Source of the DNA: a virus
Taxonomy: Duplodnaviria; Caudoviricetes
Direction: 5' to 3' (one strand)
Virus record (IMG/VR): IMGVR_UViG_3300050020_000040
Coordinates: 1 to 56,176 of that record
DNA: 56,176 nt
Positions 9,882 through 19,816 of the stretch are shown here, in pieces (position 1 is the stretch's first letter; each line of letters starts with the position of its first letter). The position numbers and the translations under genes are program-made. Below the pieces are notes generated by a model, which was given only the letters and a program-made list of their open reading frames with translations, ran no database searches and had not been told where the DNA came from.

Positions 9882-10847
9882 CTAGTACGTTGCGACTGAG
9901 TTGGTGATGGTCACGGTTCCCGGGGACAGCGCGCCGCCGCCACCAGTGACCACGTCGGTGCTGTTCGGAATGCCCCACCACTCCAGGTCCACTTCAATCC
10001 AGTCCTTGCCGGGGTTCTTCTTGCCGACCTTCCAGCCGACGGTGGAGAAGTGGAAGTCCACGGTGTTGGTACCAGGGTCGGTGAACTTCAGGTCCAGCGC
10101 CGTGCCCTTGGTGTTGTTGAGGAAGTAGTTCAGCTCGGCGTCCGTCTCCATGATGACGGTGAGCTTGCTTCCTGCGGTGTCCAGAGGACCGGCCCAGTTC
10201 TGGTAGTACGTCGCCGCTCCCATGATCGCCGGGATGGGCTTGGTGCCACGCTTGAAGTCGATCTCGCCGTCCACCAGTTTGGTGATCGCGCTACCAGCAA
10301 CCTTCACGACGCAGTTCCACCCCGCGACAGCCTCTAGGGCGGTCGGGGTGTTGGTTGCGGTGGTGATGATCGTCGCGGGGTTGCAGACGTAGGCTAGGCT
10401 CGCGGTGAGCAGTCCACCTGAATCGAACTTGACCGTGAGGCTGTCCACCTGCGAGGCAGCCATCTGCTGAATCTCCATGCCGTCGAAGTAGTCGAGCGTG
10501 TAGGATGGCGGCTGGCCGGTGCCGGTGTTGAGCAGGCCGAGAGTGTGCGTGTACGGCGCAGTGGTGCCAGTGACGGTGTCCGTCGAGCCCAAGACCCCCC
10601 GGACGAAGGAGCCGAAGCTGTCGGCGTAGACGTCGCAGTCGAAACCCATCTTGTCGTAGCGCAAACCAGCGATCTGGTCGTAGTTGACGCTCATCTGACC
10701 ACGGAGCCCGCTGTCGAGCATCTCGTTGATCTGGGGTTCCCATGCGGGGGACTTGACGGGGACGTAGTACAGAGCGGAAGCTGCGGTTCCTCGCGGGTTC
10801 TCGGCCGCGCTGATTCCGAGCCATTGCCTAGCGGCTGGGTAGGGCAT
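9882..10847 (-). CDS. Major tail (tube) protein
   Basis: 321 aa; E..RGT, PPSYTL and C-terminal VTITNSVATY motifs; AGGAGG RBS. Confidence 0.85.
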   Translation of the reverse strand: MPYPAARQWLGISAAENPRGTAASALYYVPVKSPAWEPQINEMLDSGLRGQMSVNYDQIAGLRYDKMGFDCDVYADSFGSFVRGVLGSTDTVTGTTAPYTHTLGLLNTGTGQPPSYTLDYFDGMEIQQMAASQVDSLTVKFDSGGLLTASLAYVCNPATIITTATNTPTALEAVAGWNCVVKVAGSAITKLVDGEIDFKRGTKPIPAIMGAATYYQNWAGPLDTAGSKLTVIMETDAELNYFLNNTKGTALDLKFTDPGTNTVDFHFSTVGWKVGKKNPGKDWIEVDLEWWGIPNSTDVVTGGGGALSPGTVTITNSVATY

Positions 10848-10858
10848 CGGGTGTCCTC

Positions 10859-10966
10859 CTATTTGGCGGCGGTGCGCCGGTCTTTGGTTGCGGTGGTGGC
10901 GCGCTTCGCCGTGGCCGCCTTCTTGATGCTGGCGGTCTTCTTCGCCGCCTTGGTTCGCAATGTCAT
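10859..10966 (-). CDS. 35-aa Lys/Ala-rich basic peptide
   Basis: MTLRTKAAKKTASIKKAATAKRATTATKDRRTAAK*; GAGGA RBS; fills the intergenic gap. Confidence 0.55.
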   Translation of the reverse strand: MTLRTKAAKKTASIKKAATAKRATTATKDRRTAAK

Positions 10967-10973
10967 GGCGTCC

Positions 10974-11492
10974 TCACGCTGCTATGTAGAGCCAGACTTC
11001 GCCGCGGATCACGGCGTCGATACACGACGTCTGGCCGTCTAGGACCAACTCATCCTGCTCGTAGGTGATCCCCGCCGAACCCTCGCCTGCCTGCCAGACG
11101 GTGGCGTTGGAGCCGTTGTAACTGGATGGTGTAGTACCAAACGTGCGGTCAGCCCGCCAGCGGGCGTAGATGGCATCTATGACCGCGTCCTGGTAGTCCT
11201 GTGCCACTTCGGCGTCGGGGTTCAGGCTCCGACAGAACACCTGGAGGGCTAGGTCGTACTTGGCGAACTTCTCGCCCGACGTGGCCCCGCCCACGGCAAT
11301 GCGGTTCTCTTTAGCCCCCGTCAGATGCACCACGACGATGCAGCCCGAGCCGTTCCCCGACGCGAGGTTGAAATCCTGCCCGTTGATGATTTTGGGCTTG
11401 GCGCGATGGATCGCCGCCATCCCGGGGATGTTCGCGGCGGTGAACCAGTTGACGATCACTGCACGGGCGACAGCCTGCCCGGGGTTGGTCAT
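10974..11492 (-). CDS. Tail terminator-like protein
   Basis: Position before major tail gene; size; RADRTFG motif. Confidence 0.6.
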   Translation of the reverse strand: MTNPGQAVARAVIVNWFTAANIPGMAAIHRAKPKIINGQDFNLASGNGSGCIVVVHLTGAKENRIAVGGATSGEKFAKYDLALQVFCRSLNPDAEVAQDYQDAVIDAIYARWRADRTFGTTPSSYNGSNATVWQAGEGSAGITYEQDELVLDGQTSCIDAVIRGEVWLYIAA

Positions 11493-12386
11493 CTAGGCGA
11501 CCCGCTTGTAACGGTCGAGCAGGTCCACAGCCACCTGAAAATCTTCCAACCCGCCGCTCTCGATGAGCGCCTCTCGGCTCGGCGCTGCGCCAATGCTCTC
11601 TGCCACGATGGCGGCCGTCCCGCGCGTCTTGATGAGGCACGAGGTCAGGGAGAACACCGCCTGCCGGGCAGCGTCCTCCAGACCCGAGACACATGTGGAG
11701 TGAGGCAGGGTGACGTTCGCGTGAGCGTAGAGCGTCGGCGCGGTCAGGGGGAGCAAGGTGCCGCCCGTGAACGTGGCCGACACGGTCACCGCCTCGGTGT
11801 CCGCCCCGTCCCAGATGATGAGCGTCTGGTTGGCAGCGGCGGCGGGGAGCGTGGTGCTCAGCGGGAGGGACTGCACCGCAGCGCCGACGCTGGACAAAAG
11901 GGTGGCGTGTAGCCAACCGTTCCAGTAGGTCCACTGAGCGTAGACGCGACTGCCGGGCCAGGCTCCGCCAACGCCCCCCACCCGTGCCTCGATGACCGAC
12001 CGGCCCACAGGCCACATATCAGCGTCGTCCATGAGAGCGCCGAGCCTCGTCGGGCGGGTACCCACGGAGAGGCTGTCCACCTCCAGCACGGGCCAGAAGT
12101 CGCATACCAGCGAGATGAGCCCGTCCCCCTTCACCAGCACGGCGCCGGGGGTAGACTGCGTGTCTAGGGTCGCGGCGAGGATCTGGAAGCAGAGGTTGTC
12201 CGCCCACGACGATGCGCGCCGGATCACGTTGCCTAGCTCGACGAGGTTGGCTTGCGCTGTCCCGCCGGGGATAAGCTGCGACGTGTCCACCGAGGTCGGC
12301 GCGTTCGTGTAGTCGTCCACCGAGACGTAGGGCACCACGGTCGGGTGGCTTGTCGTATTGGGATTCGTGAAGATGGCGGGCGTCAC
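11493..12386 (-). CDS. Head-tail adaptor/connector protein
   Basis: PYVSVDDY..RASSWADNLC..LLDRYKRVA pattern of gp6-like adaptors; GTGA overlap start. Confidence 0.65.
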   Translation of the reverse strand: MTPAIFTNPNTTSHPTVVPYVSVDDYTNAPTSVDTSQLIPGGTAQANLVELGNVIRRASSWADNLCFQILAATLDTQSTPGAVLVKGDGLISLVCDFWPVLEVDSLSVGTRPTRLGALMDDADMWPVGRSVIEARVGGVGGAWPGSRVYAQWTYWNGWLHATLLSSVGAAVQSLPLSTTLPAAAANQTLIIWDGADTEAVTVSATFTGGTLLPLTAPTLYAHANVTLPHSTCVSGLEDAARQAVFSLTSCLIKTRGTAAIVAESIGAAPSREALIESGGLEDFQVAVDLLDRYKRVA

Positions 12387-12967
12387 GCAGTCTCCTTCAT
12401 GCGAGAGCCGCAGCACCCGTGGCTCGGCTGGGGTATCTCACCGTAGTCGCGATAGTGCCCAAGAGCGGGATGGTGGACGTGCTGGCGGTGACCCGTCAGG
12501 GGTAGCACTACCCGCTGGAGGAAGTGGTCGGTAGTACACCAGTGCTTTGGTGGATGGTTGCCGTTGCTCATGGCGCCGGCGCGGTCAAGCGCATCGGGAC
12601 ACGCTGCGATGATCTCAGCGCTGAACTTCACGCACGCCATCCCGGGGTACTCTCCGCCGAGGTAGGGAACTGGGAAGCCGCACCAGGGCTCGGGGCAGGC
12701 TTCTAACTCATCGAACGTGTCGGGCCGGACCAGGACATCATGCTCGACGACGACGAACGTCTCTCGCTCTGCCCAGAGGTCACGAAGGAGTGCCCAGTAT
12801 GCCTCGTCTGACCCCGAGACGTCGAACTCGTCCCAGGACCAACCCGTGGTCATCAGAGCATCCCGGACACCGGGGGCGATGTGGGTGTACGGAAGGACTA
12901 TGCGGATGGCCGCCAGACTTCGATCGTCCGATCGAGCCCCTCCGACAGACTGGTCCTCGGTTCCCAC
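12383..12967 (-). CDS. GT-A fold glycosyltransferase-like protein
   Basis: FVVVEHDVL..CPEPWC motif; paralog of 15821-16501; start uncertain. Confidence 0.6.
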   Translation of the reverse strand: MGTEDQSVGGARSDDRSLAAIRIVLPYTHIAPGVRDALMTTGWSWDEFDVSGSDEAYWALLRDLWAERETFVVVEHDVLVRPDTFDELEACPEPWCGFPVPYLGGEYPGMACVKFSAEIIAACPDALDRAGAMSNGNHPPKHWCTTDHFLQRVVLPLTGHRQHVHHPALGHYRDYGEIPQPSHGCCGSRMKETA

Positions 12968-13827
12968 CCAAGATATTGCTTCAGTTTCGCCGCGTCCGAT
13001 TCCAGGTAGTAGATTTCACCCGGACGGCGAGGTTGGGTGTGCCATTCGATCTTGCCGTCCCAGCGGAGCTTCTCGCGGATAATGCCGGCCAGCTCGCGAA
13101 TCGTGATCGCGTTGCATGGTCCGGTGACGAAGGTCTGCCCGCGCACCTTGGATGGCTCTGCCACCATTAGCGCGTAGATGTCCACCAGATCGTCGATGTA
13201 GAGGAAGTTACGATAGGGCTCGGGGTCCCCCAACTTGCAGACTTCGGACGTTAGCATTTGGGTTACGATCCGCTCGACGATGAAGAAAGCGTTGTCCGTC
13301 CTGCCGTAGGCGTTGGTCTGCCTCAGGATGACGGACGGGAAACCGTAGGCGTACTCCATGTACCCCAGGTACTTCTCACAGGCCAGTTTGGCGACCGCGT
13401 ACGGAGCCATCGGGTACTGGGGCGTGTCCTCGGTGAATGGGCCGTCCTCTCTGCGGTGGTGCCCGTAGGTCTCCATCGTAGATGCCATGCAGAACAGTTC
13501 CAGGTTCGGATTGTGCTTCCGGTTGGCTTCGGCCAGGTTCACCGTCCCGACGTAGTTCACCTCCGACACTTGGACGTAATTGTCGAAGGATAGCGCCACC
13601 TCGCTTTTGGCGGCCAGGTGGATCACGACGTGGGGTTGAACCTCACGGATCACTTGCTCGATCGCGGCATGGTTGGTGAGGTTCACGACGTACTTGCGGT
13701 CGCCCACGTTCTTGACCGTCGAAGCGGCAGATTCGTACACCCCGTGGATCTCGTAGGTACCCGCAAACCGCTTGGCGAGGGCTTGCCCGATGAATCCCGA
13801 GATCCCAGTGATGAGCACTCGCTTCAC
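12898..13827 (-). CDS. NAD-dependent nucleotide-sugar epimerase/dehydratase (extended SDR)
   Basis: VLITGISGFIG, HLAA, YAVAK (YxxxK), RNFLYIDD. Confidence 0.93.
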   Translation of the reverse strand: MKRVLITGISGFIGQALAKRFAGTYEIHGVYESAASTVKNVGDRKYVVNLTNHAAIEQVIREVQPHVVIHLAAKSEVALSFDNYVQVSEVNYVGTVNLAEANRKHNPNLELFCMASTMETYGHHRREDGPFTEDTPQYPMAPYAVAKLACEKYLGYMEYAYGFPSVILRQTNAYGRTDNAFFIVERIVTQMLTSEVCKLGDPEPYRNFLYIDDLVDIYALMVAEPSKVRGQTFVTGPCNAITIRELAGIIREKLRWDGKIEWHTQPRRPGEIYYLESDAAKLKQYLGWEPRTSLSEGLDRTIEVWRPSA

Positions 13828-14504
13828 ACCATCGCCCCCCTGAGTTGATCCACCTCGCGCGCCCGTTCGGCTGCGAAGGTGTCATAGAGGTCGTACTGGT
13901 TCTGGACCGATCGGCGTTCGTTGCCCAATCGGTAGGTGTCATCGATCTCCACCCCGAGGGAAGGTTTCGCCGGGTGAAGGTGCGTGGTCAGGAGTTCCGG
14001 TAGGTACACTCGCCGGTCAATAGCCTTAGCCACGTCGTTGAGCCAGGTATCGCACATGTCCGCCGCGAAGTACGGAGGAACGAACCTGCCCACCACGTCG
14101 GTCCAGTTGCGGTGGACGAAACCGTGCGAGCCATGTTCCCCGTTGCGGAACCCGTCCGTCCCATAGACGAACGCGATGCGGTCAGGCACAGCCTCGAACG
14201 CCCTGCGCACCATGCCGTCCCAGTCTGTGCTCTCGATGACTACATCGTCGCCCATCATGCCGAAGATGTCGCCGCTGGCCTCCCACCAGCAGGCGTTCCA
14301 ACAATCCGACAGGGTACGCTGTGGGCCTCGCACTATCTTGGCGTCAGCGTGGAAGTCGGCCATGCTCGCGTCGTCGTCGTCGACGTACAAAACCACTTCG
14401 TACTCGGCACTCGCATGGGCCACCACGCTGTCGAGCATCCTCACGACATTATCGGGGCGGCCGCGGGTGGGGCAGAGCAGGGAGATCACTTCAGGCGAGC
14501 CCAC
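13824..14504 (-). CDS. Glycosyltransferase family 2
   Basis: ISLLCPTRGRP, YVDDDD, MGDD. Confidence 0.85.
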   Translation of the reverse strand: MGSPEVISLLCPTRGRPDNVVRMLDSVVAHASAEYEVVLYVDDDDASMADFHADAKIVRGPQRTLSDCWNACWWEASGDIFGMMGDDVVIESTDWDGMVRRAFEAVPDRIAFVYGTDGFRNGEHGSHGFVHRNWTDVVGRFVPPYFAADMCDTWLNDVAKAIDRRVYLPELLTTHLHPAKPSLGVEIDDTYRLGNERRSVQNQYDLYDTFAAERAREVDQLRGAMV

Positions 14505-15159
14505 GTTCCTTCAGGTAGAGTGCCCAGGTGGACGACCCCGAGGCGTGGGCGATGTAGTACCGCTCTTCCTCCGTGGGATTGAGGGTGTCGGCATACCAGC
14601 TCATGTGCCGGGCCACGTAGGGCTTGCCGCAACGGAGGGCCGGCGCGAGGGCGAAGCGGGATGTGGGGCGGTAGAGGGCGAAACTCGTATCGATGGCGGC
14701 GTCGAACAGCCCCATGGCGACCTCGCGCTCTGGTGCCCAGTATGCGGTCTCGGCGGACTCCGAGACGTCCCACGTCAGGTTATGCGCGGGGATATCGTCG
14801 ATCTTCAGCCCCGGTCCGGCCTTGACCCGTCCGGGCCATCCCAGCATCGCCGCGTAGAGGTGCATCACGAGGTCTGGGGGGCACGTCTCAGCGGGGATGA
14901 TGTCGGGGTCCGTGTAGACGAACCACTCATCCGGGACGCGACCACTCTCCCATAGCGCCAGATGCCCGAGGTTGGCGCCGATCCGTACCACCTCGTGGGG
15001 AGTGCGGGCGTAGTAGTCGAGCAGTGGTTCCCATGTGGAATCGTTGTCGAGCAGGACGATCCGCTGATGCCCCGCGAGCTCCAACCAATCCACCAGGGCG
15101 GACAGGTCGGTAACGCGGTCGCGACAGTTGATGATGATCGGGATCAGGCGATAGTCCAC
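14491..15159 (-). CDS. Glycosyltransferase family 2-like
   Basis: IIINCRDR, LLDNDST, YTDPD, IDTSFALY. Confidence 0.8.
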   Translation of the reverse strand: MDYRLIPIIINCRDRVTDLSALVDWLELAGHQRIVLLDNDSTWEPLLDYYARTPHEVVRIGANLGHLALWESGRVPDEWFVYTDPDIIPAETCPPDLVMHLYAAMLGWPGRVKAGPGLKIDDIPAHNLTWDVSESAETAYWAPEREVAMGLFDAAIDTSFALYRPTSRFALAPALRCGKPYVARHMSWYADTLNPTEEERYYIAHASGSSTWALYLKERGLA

Positions 15160-15824
15160 GGGGTCTCCCCTCGTCTCATCCTGCGGTCGATGCACTCTTC
15201 GTGGTAGAGCTTGGCGTCCGTGGGGCTAAGTGGTACGGGGTGGAACAGGTACCCCGCAGACGTCAGGCGATCCCAAAAGAAGGCGTCCGCAAACCGCCAG
15301 ACCATCGCCCGGTCGTCCCAACCCCCCACCGCATCGAAGGCTCGACGAGTGTGCATGACGGAGTTCTGGTCTACCCGTGAGTTGGCGTTGGCCAGGACGG
15401 CAGAGGCGGGGCGAACCCCGAACAGCCTGCCGTCCTCCCACATCTCCTGCGCTCCGTACACCACGTCCTTGCCCGTCTCTAAGAGCGCCACCATGCGCTC
15501 CAGTCGGGAGGGGAGGTACCAGTCGTCGTCGCAGAGGTAGGTGATGTACTCGCCCGTCGTGTGTGCCGCGCCCCAGTTGATGAGGGTCGCGTACCTACAG
15601 GTGGCCTTCCTTTCGACGAGGGTTGGGCGGAAGACGTGGACGGTGATACGCTGGTCGCCCCACCGCTCTACATTCTGGAGGGTCTCCGCCGTGTTGTCGG
15701 AGCCGTCGTCCAAGATCAGGAGTTCCCAGTCGGTGAACGTCTGAGCGAGGACGGACTGGATGGCGCGGGACAGGTACTGCGGGCGGTTGTAGGACGTCAG
15801 CAGGACGGTAACGGCAGGAGTCAT
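15144..15824 (-). CDS. Glycosyltransferase family 2
   Basis: VTVLLTSYNRPQYL..IQSVLAQTF.DWELLILDDGS; YLCDDD. Confidence 0.92.
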   Translation of the reverse strand: MTPAVTVLLTSYNRPQYLSRAIQSVLAQTFTDWELLILDDGSDNTAETLQNVERWGDQRITVHVFRPTLVERKATCRYATLINWGAAHTTGEYITYLCDDDWYLPSRLERMVALLETGKDVVYGAQEMWEDGRLFGVRPASAVLANANSRVDQNSVMHTRRAFDAVGGWDDRAMVWRFADAFFWDRLTSAGYLFHPVPLSPTDAKLYHEECIDRRMRRGETPWTIA

Positions 15825-16501
15825 GGCCGCGTGACGTGCCACTCTGCGGGCGGTCGGCAGTCAGGATCGCCACAAGCGCATCCCTCGAAGGGGTACATGT
15901 GATGATGGATCACGGGGGGCGTGTGGACGTGAGGGTCAGGATACCCGCGCTCACGGAGTACCGACACCATCGTCACGTCGAGGCGGTGCCAGTCGCGGGT
16001 GCTCCCGCTGCGATGAACTTGGCAGCGTCCGTCCACGGCTCCCATGAGGTCAGGCTGCGCGGCGAGTAGTTCGGAGCGAAACCGAGTGCATCCCAGCGAG
16101 ATCGTCAGGAGGTTGCCACCCTCAGCGCTGAACCCTGGCCCGGGGAACGGGAACAGGCACCACGGCTCGGGGCAGGCGGCCAACTCCTCGACGACGCCCG
16201 CCCTGATCTCGATGTCGTGCTCAATGAGCATGAAGTCCTCGCCGCCACTCCACAGGGCAGCGACCGTGTCGAAATAGACGTCCTCACACTCCCGGTGGTG
16301 GCAGTGCCTACGCTGGTCGTTACAGTTGATGATCCCGCAGTCGGCGGGGAGATCACACCGTGCAACCTTGATGCGCTCGCATGTTGGAGCGTAGGTGTTG
16401 AGAGCGGCGTCTACCTGCGGGTAGATGCCCGTGAAGGGACAGACGACGCGCAACGCTTCCCTCCCAGAAAGAGTGCCCCGATATTGACGCCTCGGGGCCA
16501 C
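15821..16501 (-). CDS. GT-A fold glycosyltransferase-like protein, Cys/His-rich
   Basis: FMLIEHDIEI..CPEPWC; paralog of 12383-12967. Confidence 0.6.
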   Translation of the reverse strand: MAPRRQYRGTLSGREALRVVCPFTGIYPQVDAALNTYAPTCERIKVARCDLPADCGIINCNDQRRHCHHRECEDVYFDTVAALWSGGEDFMLIEHDIEIRAGVVEELAACPEPWCLFPFPGPGFSAEGGNLLTISLGCTRFRSELLAAQPDLMGAVDGRCQVHRSGSTRDWHRLDVTMVSVLRERGYPDPHVHTPPVIHHHMYPFEGCACGDPDCRPPAEWHVTRP

Positions 16502-16549
16502 GGCGTTGTCCGGGCTAAAGGCCAGCGGCCCTCACCCGATCATTTCAGG

Positions 16550-18055
16550 TTATTCCGAAGCCGCGATGTTGGAGATCACGCCGCAGCTCAAGGGAGCGCG
16601 GTTGACCAGGGTCTCCAGGGACCGAATGCCCCAGATCTCACGCGGGCCGCTCGGGCCACTGGACGGCATGTCCGTCGCAGCGTAGGGGAACTCAGCGTAG
16701 TCCCGGTGGGTGCGGACTTCGAAGACGTTGCCGACATCCGAGCCGGGGACGTTCGTCAGGACATCGGACCTGGCGATGATGGTTCCCGGGGGAACGCTCG
16801 GGTGAACTTCGATCCGGATCGAAGCACCGCTCAGCGCCTTGTTGAGGTAGGTGCCGATGAAACCAGACGCGAAGATGTTGGAACGTCCATCACCGTTCGG
16901 CTGGAGGTAGAGGGTTGCGGCCGGGCTGGCCAGCAATCCACCACCGAGGTCCGACGCCTGCTGGGCGTTCATCATGTAGGCGGTCGGCGACTGCTTGATC
17001 GCGTTGTAAATCGAGAGGTTGAGCTGATCGAACAGCGCAACACTCGACCCGTTCACGCTCAGCGTGGCACCGTCTGCCGAGACCCAAGTCGCACCCGAGC
17101 CGGTCCCCTGTCCAGGAGTGACAACACCGGAAGGTCCGTAGTCACCGAGGATGGTGGCGAGCATCGAGTTGAAGACGAGGGTCGAGTACGAGGTGTCCAC
17201 GGTGCTCAGGGTCGGCACGACCGGGTAGAGGTCCGGGACCTCGTAGGTCGGGAGGGCCTGAGCAGTCGACGGGACGCTCGTGATCAAGACCGTGTTGGTC
17301 GTGGTCGTGGTGAAGTAGACCTGGTTCGCGCTGGACGAGCCGACGAACCAGTGGTAGCCGACAGCACCCTTGACGGCAGGCACGAAGGCGCCGACCGCGT
17401 TGGCGGAGCTGGTGCTACCAGTGGTCAAGGTGGCATTAGCCGAAGCGGGGCCAGAGCCGCCGTTGTAGTAGTTCCATCCCGAGATGGGCTGGCACTTCAC
17501 GTTGACGCTGGCGGCAGAGCCGATGGAGCCGCCCGTGGTCTTGCCGGAGATGCCGTTAGTTGCGGTGCCCGCGGAGACCACGACGGTCCCGATCGCAGGC
17601 AGAGCGTAGTTCTGGGCACCACAGCCGAGGGCGCGGTCCTCAAGGTTGAGCAGGTTTGTGAGAACCTGGGCGACCATGAGCGCGTGGGCGTCGGCGTAGC
17701 CATGGGCGATGTCGATCGAGTCCTGGGTGATCATGCCCTTCAGTTCGATCGGCACGTAGTTGGAGAAGCTGTCGATCTCATCGACAACCACCATGTTACC
17801 TGCCGTGTCGTAGCCGGGGAAGATCGAGGGCTGCGAGTTGAGGACGTTGAGGAGAGTACGCCAAACCGTGAACTTTGCGCCCTCGGTCGAGTTGACGCGG
17901 GGGAGCTGGTCACGCAGGGGCGTGAACTTCGGGAGCAGGGAGACCACGGGGCCGAGGTCATAGCCGACGACACCGAGGCCGGAAGTCCAGCCGGTGGTGC
18001 TCAGGGCCTTCTTGACCGAGCCGATGGTCTCTTCGCTGATGTTCTGGAGGTCCAT
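16550..18055 (-). CDS. Major capsid protein
   Basis: 501 aa after scaffold gene; YDL.PV..L.P..TPLR..LPR N-terminus and GVISNI C-terminus; AAGGA RBS. Confidence 0.85.
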   Translation of the reverse strand: MDLQNISEETIGSVKKALSTTGWTSGLGVVGYDLGPVVSLLPKFTPLRDQLPRVNSTEGAKFTVWRTLLNVLNSQPSIFPGYDTAGNMVVVDEIDSFSNYVPIELKGMITQDSIDIAHGYADAHALMVAQVLTNLLNLEDRALGCGAQNYALPAIGTVVVSAGTATNGISGKTTGGSIGSAASVNVKCQPISGWNYYNGGSGPASANATLTTGSTSSANAVGAFVPAVKGAVGYHWFVGSSSANQVYFTTTTTNTVLITSVPSTAQALPTYEVPDLYPVVPTLSTVDTSYSTLVFNSMLATILGDYGPSGVVTPGQGTGSGATWVSADGATLSVNGSSVALFDQLNLSIYNAIKQSPTAYMMNAQQASDLGGGLLASPAATLYLQPNGDGRSNIFASGFIGTYLNKALSGASIRIEVHPSVPPGTIIARSDVLTNVPGSDVGNVFEVRTHRDYAEFPYAATDMPSSGPSGPREIWGIRSLETLVNRAPLSCGVISNIAASE

Positions 18056-18091
18056 GTGGAAGTAGATTCCTTTAGGTGTGGGGCGGGAGGC

Positions 18092-19816
18092 TTACTGGTA
18101 GCGCGGCTTGAGGGTTTCGAGGAACGCGAGCCTCTGAAGTCGCGTCCGCTCTGAGGGGTCGGTGGCAACTGCAAGTTGCTTCTCCACCAACTCCAGCGCC
18201 GGGTTCGATCCGGCTCCCTGGTCGCGAAGATGTGCGCCACTCTCGGGTCCGCCGTGCGGGCGGTCACTCAGGAGCGGTCCACCGGGGGCAGGGCTGGTCT
18301 CCACCTTGACCAAACGATCCTCCAGCGACTTGACCACCTTCTGGTGGCCCTCTTCCGCTGCTTCGATCGCATCGGCCACGGCCTTACGGACCGTCTCTGC
18401 CATGTTGTCTAGTGCCTTGGCCACGGGGGCCACGGGTGCCGTAGGTGCCGCAGCGGCAGTCGCAGCGTTGGCCGCGGCCGCATCGGCCTCGTCAGGGGTC
18501 GGAGCCTGGGCACCATCGCCGTCAGCCGGCGCAGGAGCATCCGCAGTCTCAGCGGGCTTCCCCGCAGCCGTGGTGACGAGGTCGTCCGGGTCCACCACGC
18601 CGATCAGGTCGCCATTGGCGTTGTAACAGGCAACCATCGGGTCACCCTTGGCCTTGGTGACGCGTTCCTTGGCCTGGTCGAACGAGAGCATTTTGGATGC
18701 CACCGTCACGCCGATGGGAGCGTGCGAGAGGTCGTATGCCGCGATCAGCGGCTCATTGGGCGTCTGGGGCAAGGTGGGCACCTCCTGGGCCTTCACAACG
18801 GCGTCCTCGACGGGGGCCGCAGGTAGAGTGGCGAGTACGTTGGTAAGAGACGCGATGGCGTCCCGGATGGCCTGCTCGTTGGCGCCAGACAGGACGCGGC
18901 CGGCCTTCTTGACGGCAAACGCCCCCTCGACGGTTTCCAGAGCGGTCAGCGGGAAGGTCTGCATGGCCTTGATGACCCCGCCGTCAGCGGCAAGCTCAGC
19001 CTCGGTCGTCTCGCCAACGGCGAAGGACGCGAGCACCCCGATGGCGAAGTCAATCGCCGAGGAGGCGTCCTCCAGATCCCAGGCGTTGTCGGCAGCCTCG
19101 GATTCTCCGACGGCCACCTCCTGTCCCTCGCGATCGGCCAGATACTCTAGGGCGAGCTTGGCGCGTCCCAGGATGGCCGTCCACTTCTGGGCGGTGGCCG
19201 CATCGACGTTCTCCCAACTCTCCGAGCCGGGCGTGCCAGCGTCAACTGGGCTTCCGTCCTCGACCACGATGGTGCTAGCGTCCAGGTCGGGATCGCCGTC
19301 TGCCTTGGTAACGGGCTCCACGGGTGGCGCCAATGGCGCCTCAATGGGGTTGGCCATTAGCTTCTCCTGTGATTTCGACACGTCAATGCCGAACTTCTTG
19401 GCTGCCGACTTGATCTTCGGCATGGCCTTGTCTCCGAACGGGCTCTGCGGGGCACGGGCCAGGGCGTTCCGGGTGTGCGCCGCGTCATAGATGGGGAAGT
19501 GCCGCAGTGACCGCGGCGTGGTCTTGCCACTCTCGTCCTTCGTGCCGCCGGGCTCGATGTAGGCGAAGTCGCTGTCAGGGTGATCGTTCTGTGTTGCCGC
19601 CGAAGCTTCCGCCTTGGCGACGAGCGAGGGGTGCTGCGGGGGACGCTTCATCAGCGCGATGCTGAGTGGGTCCTGCGGGTCGTTGGACTTCATGATGGTG
19701 AAGAGCATCCCCGACGCCGGTCCTTTCACGAGATCCATGCGGGGGATGTCGGCGGCGAACATCTCCTTGAAGATCGGCTCCTCTTCCTCGTCGGTCAGGC
19801 CGAACTCGTCATCCAT
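18092..19816 (-). CDS. Capsid maturation/scaffold protein with DUF6582-like domain
   Basis: MDLVKGPASG protease-like motif; DSDFAY..HFPIYDAAHTRNALAR; KAGRVLS..NE; acidic low-complexity scaffold C-terminus. Confidence 0.7.
   Translation of the reverse strand: MDDEFGLTDEEEEPIFKEMFAADIPRMDLVKGPASGMLFTIMKSNDPQDPLSIALMKRPPQHPSLVAKAEASAATQNDHPDSDFAYIEPGGTKDESGKTTPRSLRHFPIYDAAHTRNALARAPQSPFGDKAMPKIKSAAKKFGIDVSKSQEKLMANPIEAPLAPPVEPVTKADGDPDLDASTIVVEDGSPVDAGTPGSESWENVDAATAQKWTAILGRAKLALEYLADREGQEVAVGESEAADNAWDLEDASSAIDFAIGVLASFAVGETTEAELAADGGVIKAMQTFPLTALETVEGAFAVKKAGRVLSGANEQAIRDAIASLTNVLATLPAAPVEDAVVKAQEVPTLPQTPNEPLIAAYDLSHAPIGVTVASKMLSFDQAKERVTKAKGDPMVACYNANGDLIGVVDPDDLVTTAAGKPAETADAPAPADGDGAQAPTPDEADAAAANAATAAAAPTAPVAPVAKALDNMAETVRKAVADAIEAAEEGHQKVVKSLEDRLVKVETSPAPGGPLLSDRPHGGPESGAHLRDQGAGSNPALELVEKQLAVATDPSERTRLQRLAFLETLKPRYQ

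Noticed and set aside
16217-18154. 645-aa plus-strand ORF antisense to the major capsid gene
   Set aside because: No recognisable motifs or expression signals; typical high-GC shadow ORF, unlike the intein antisense gene
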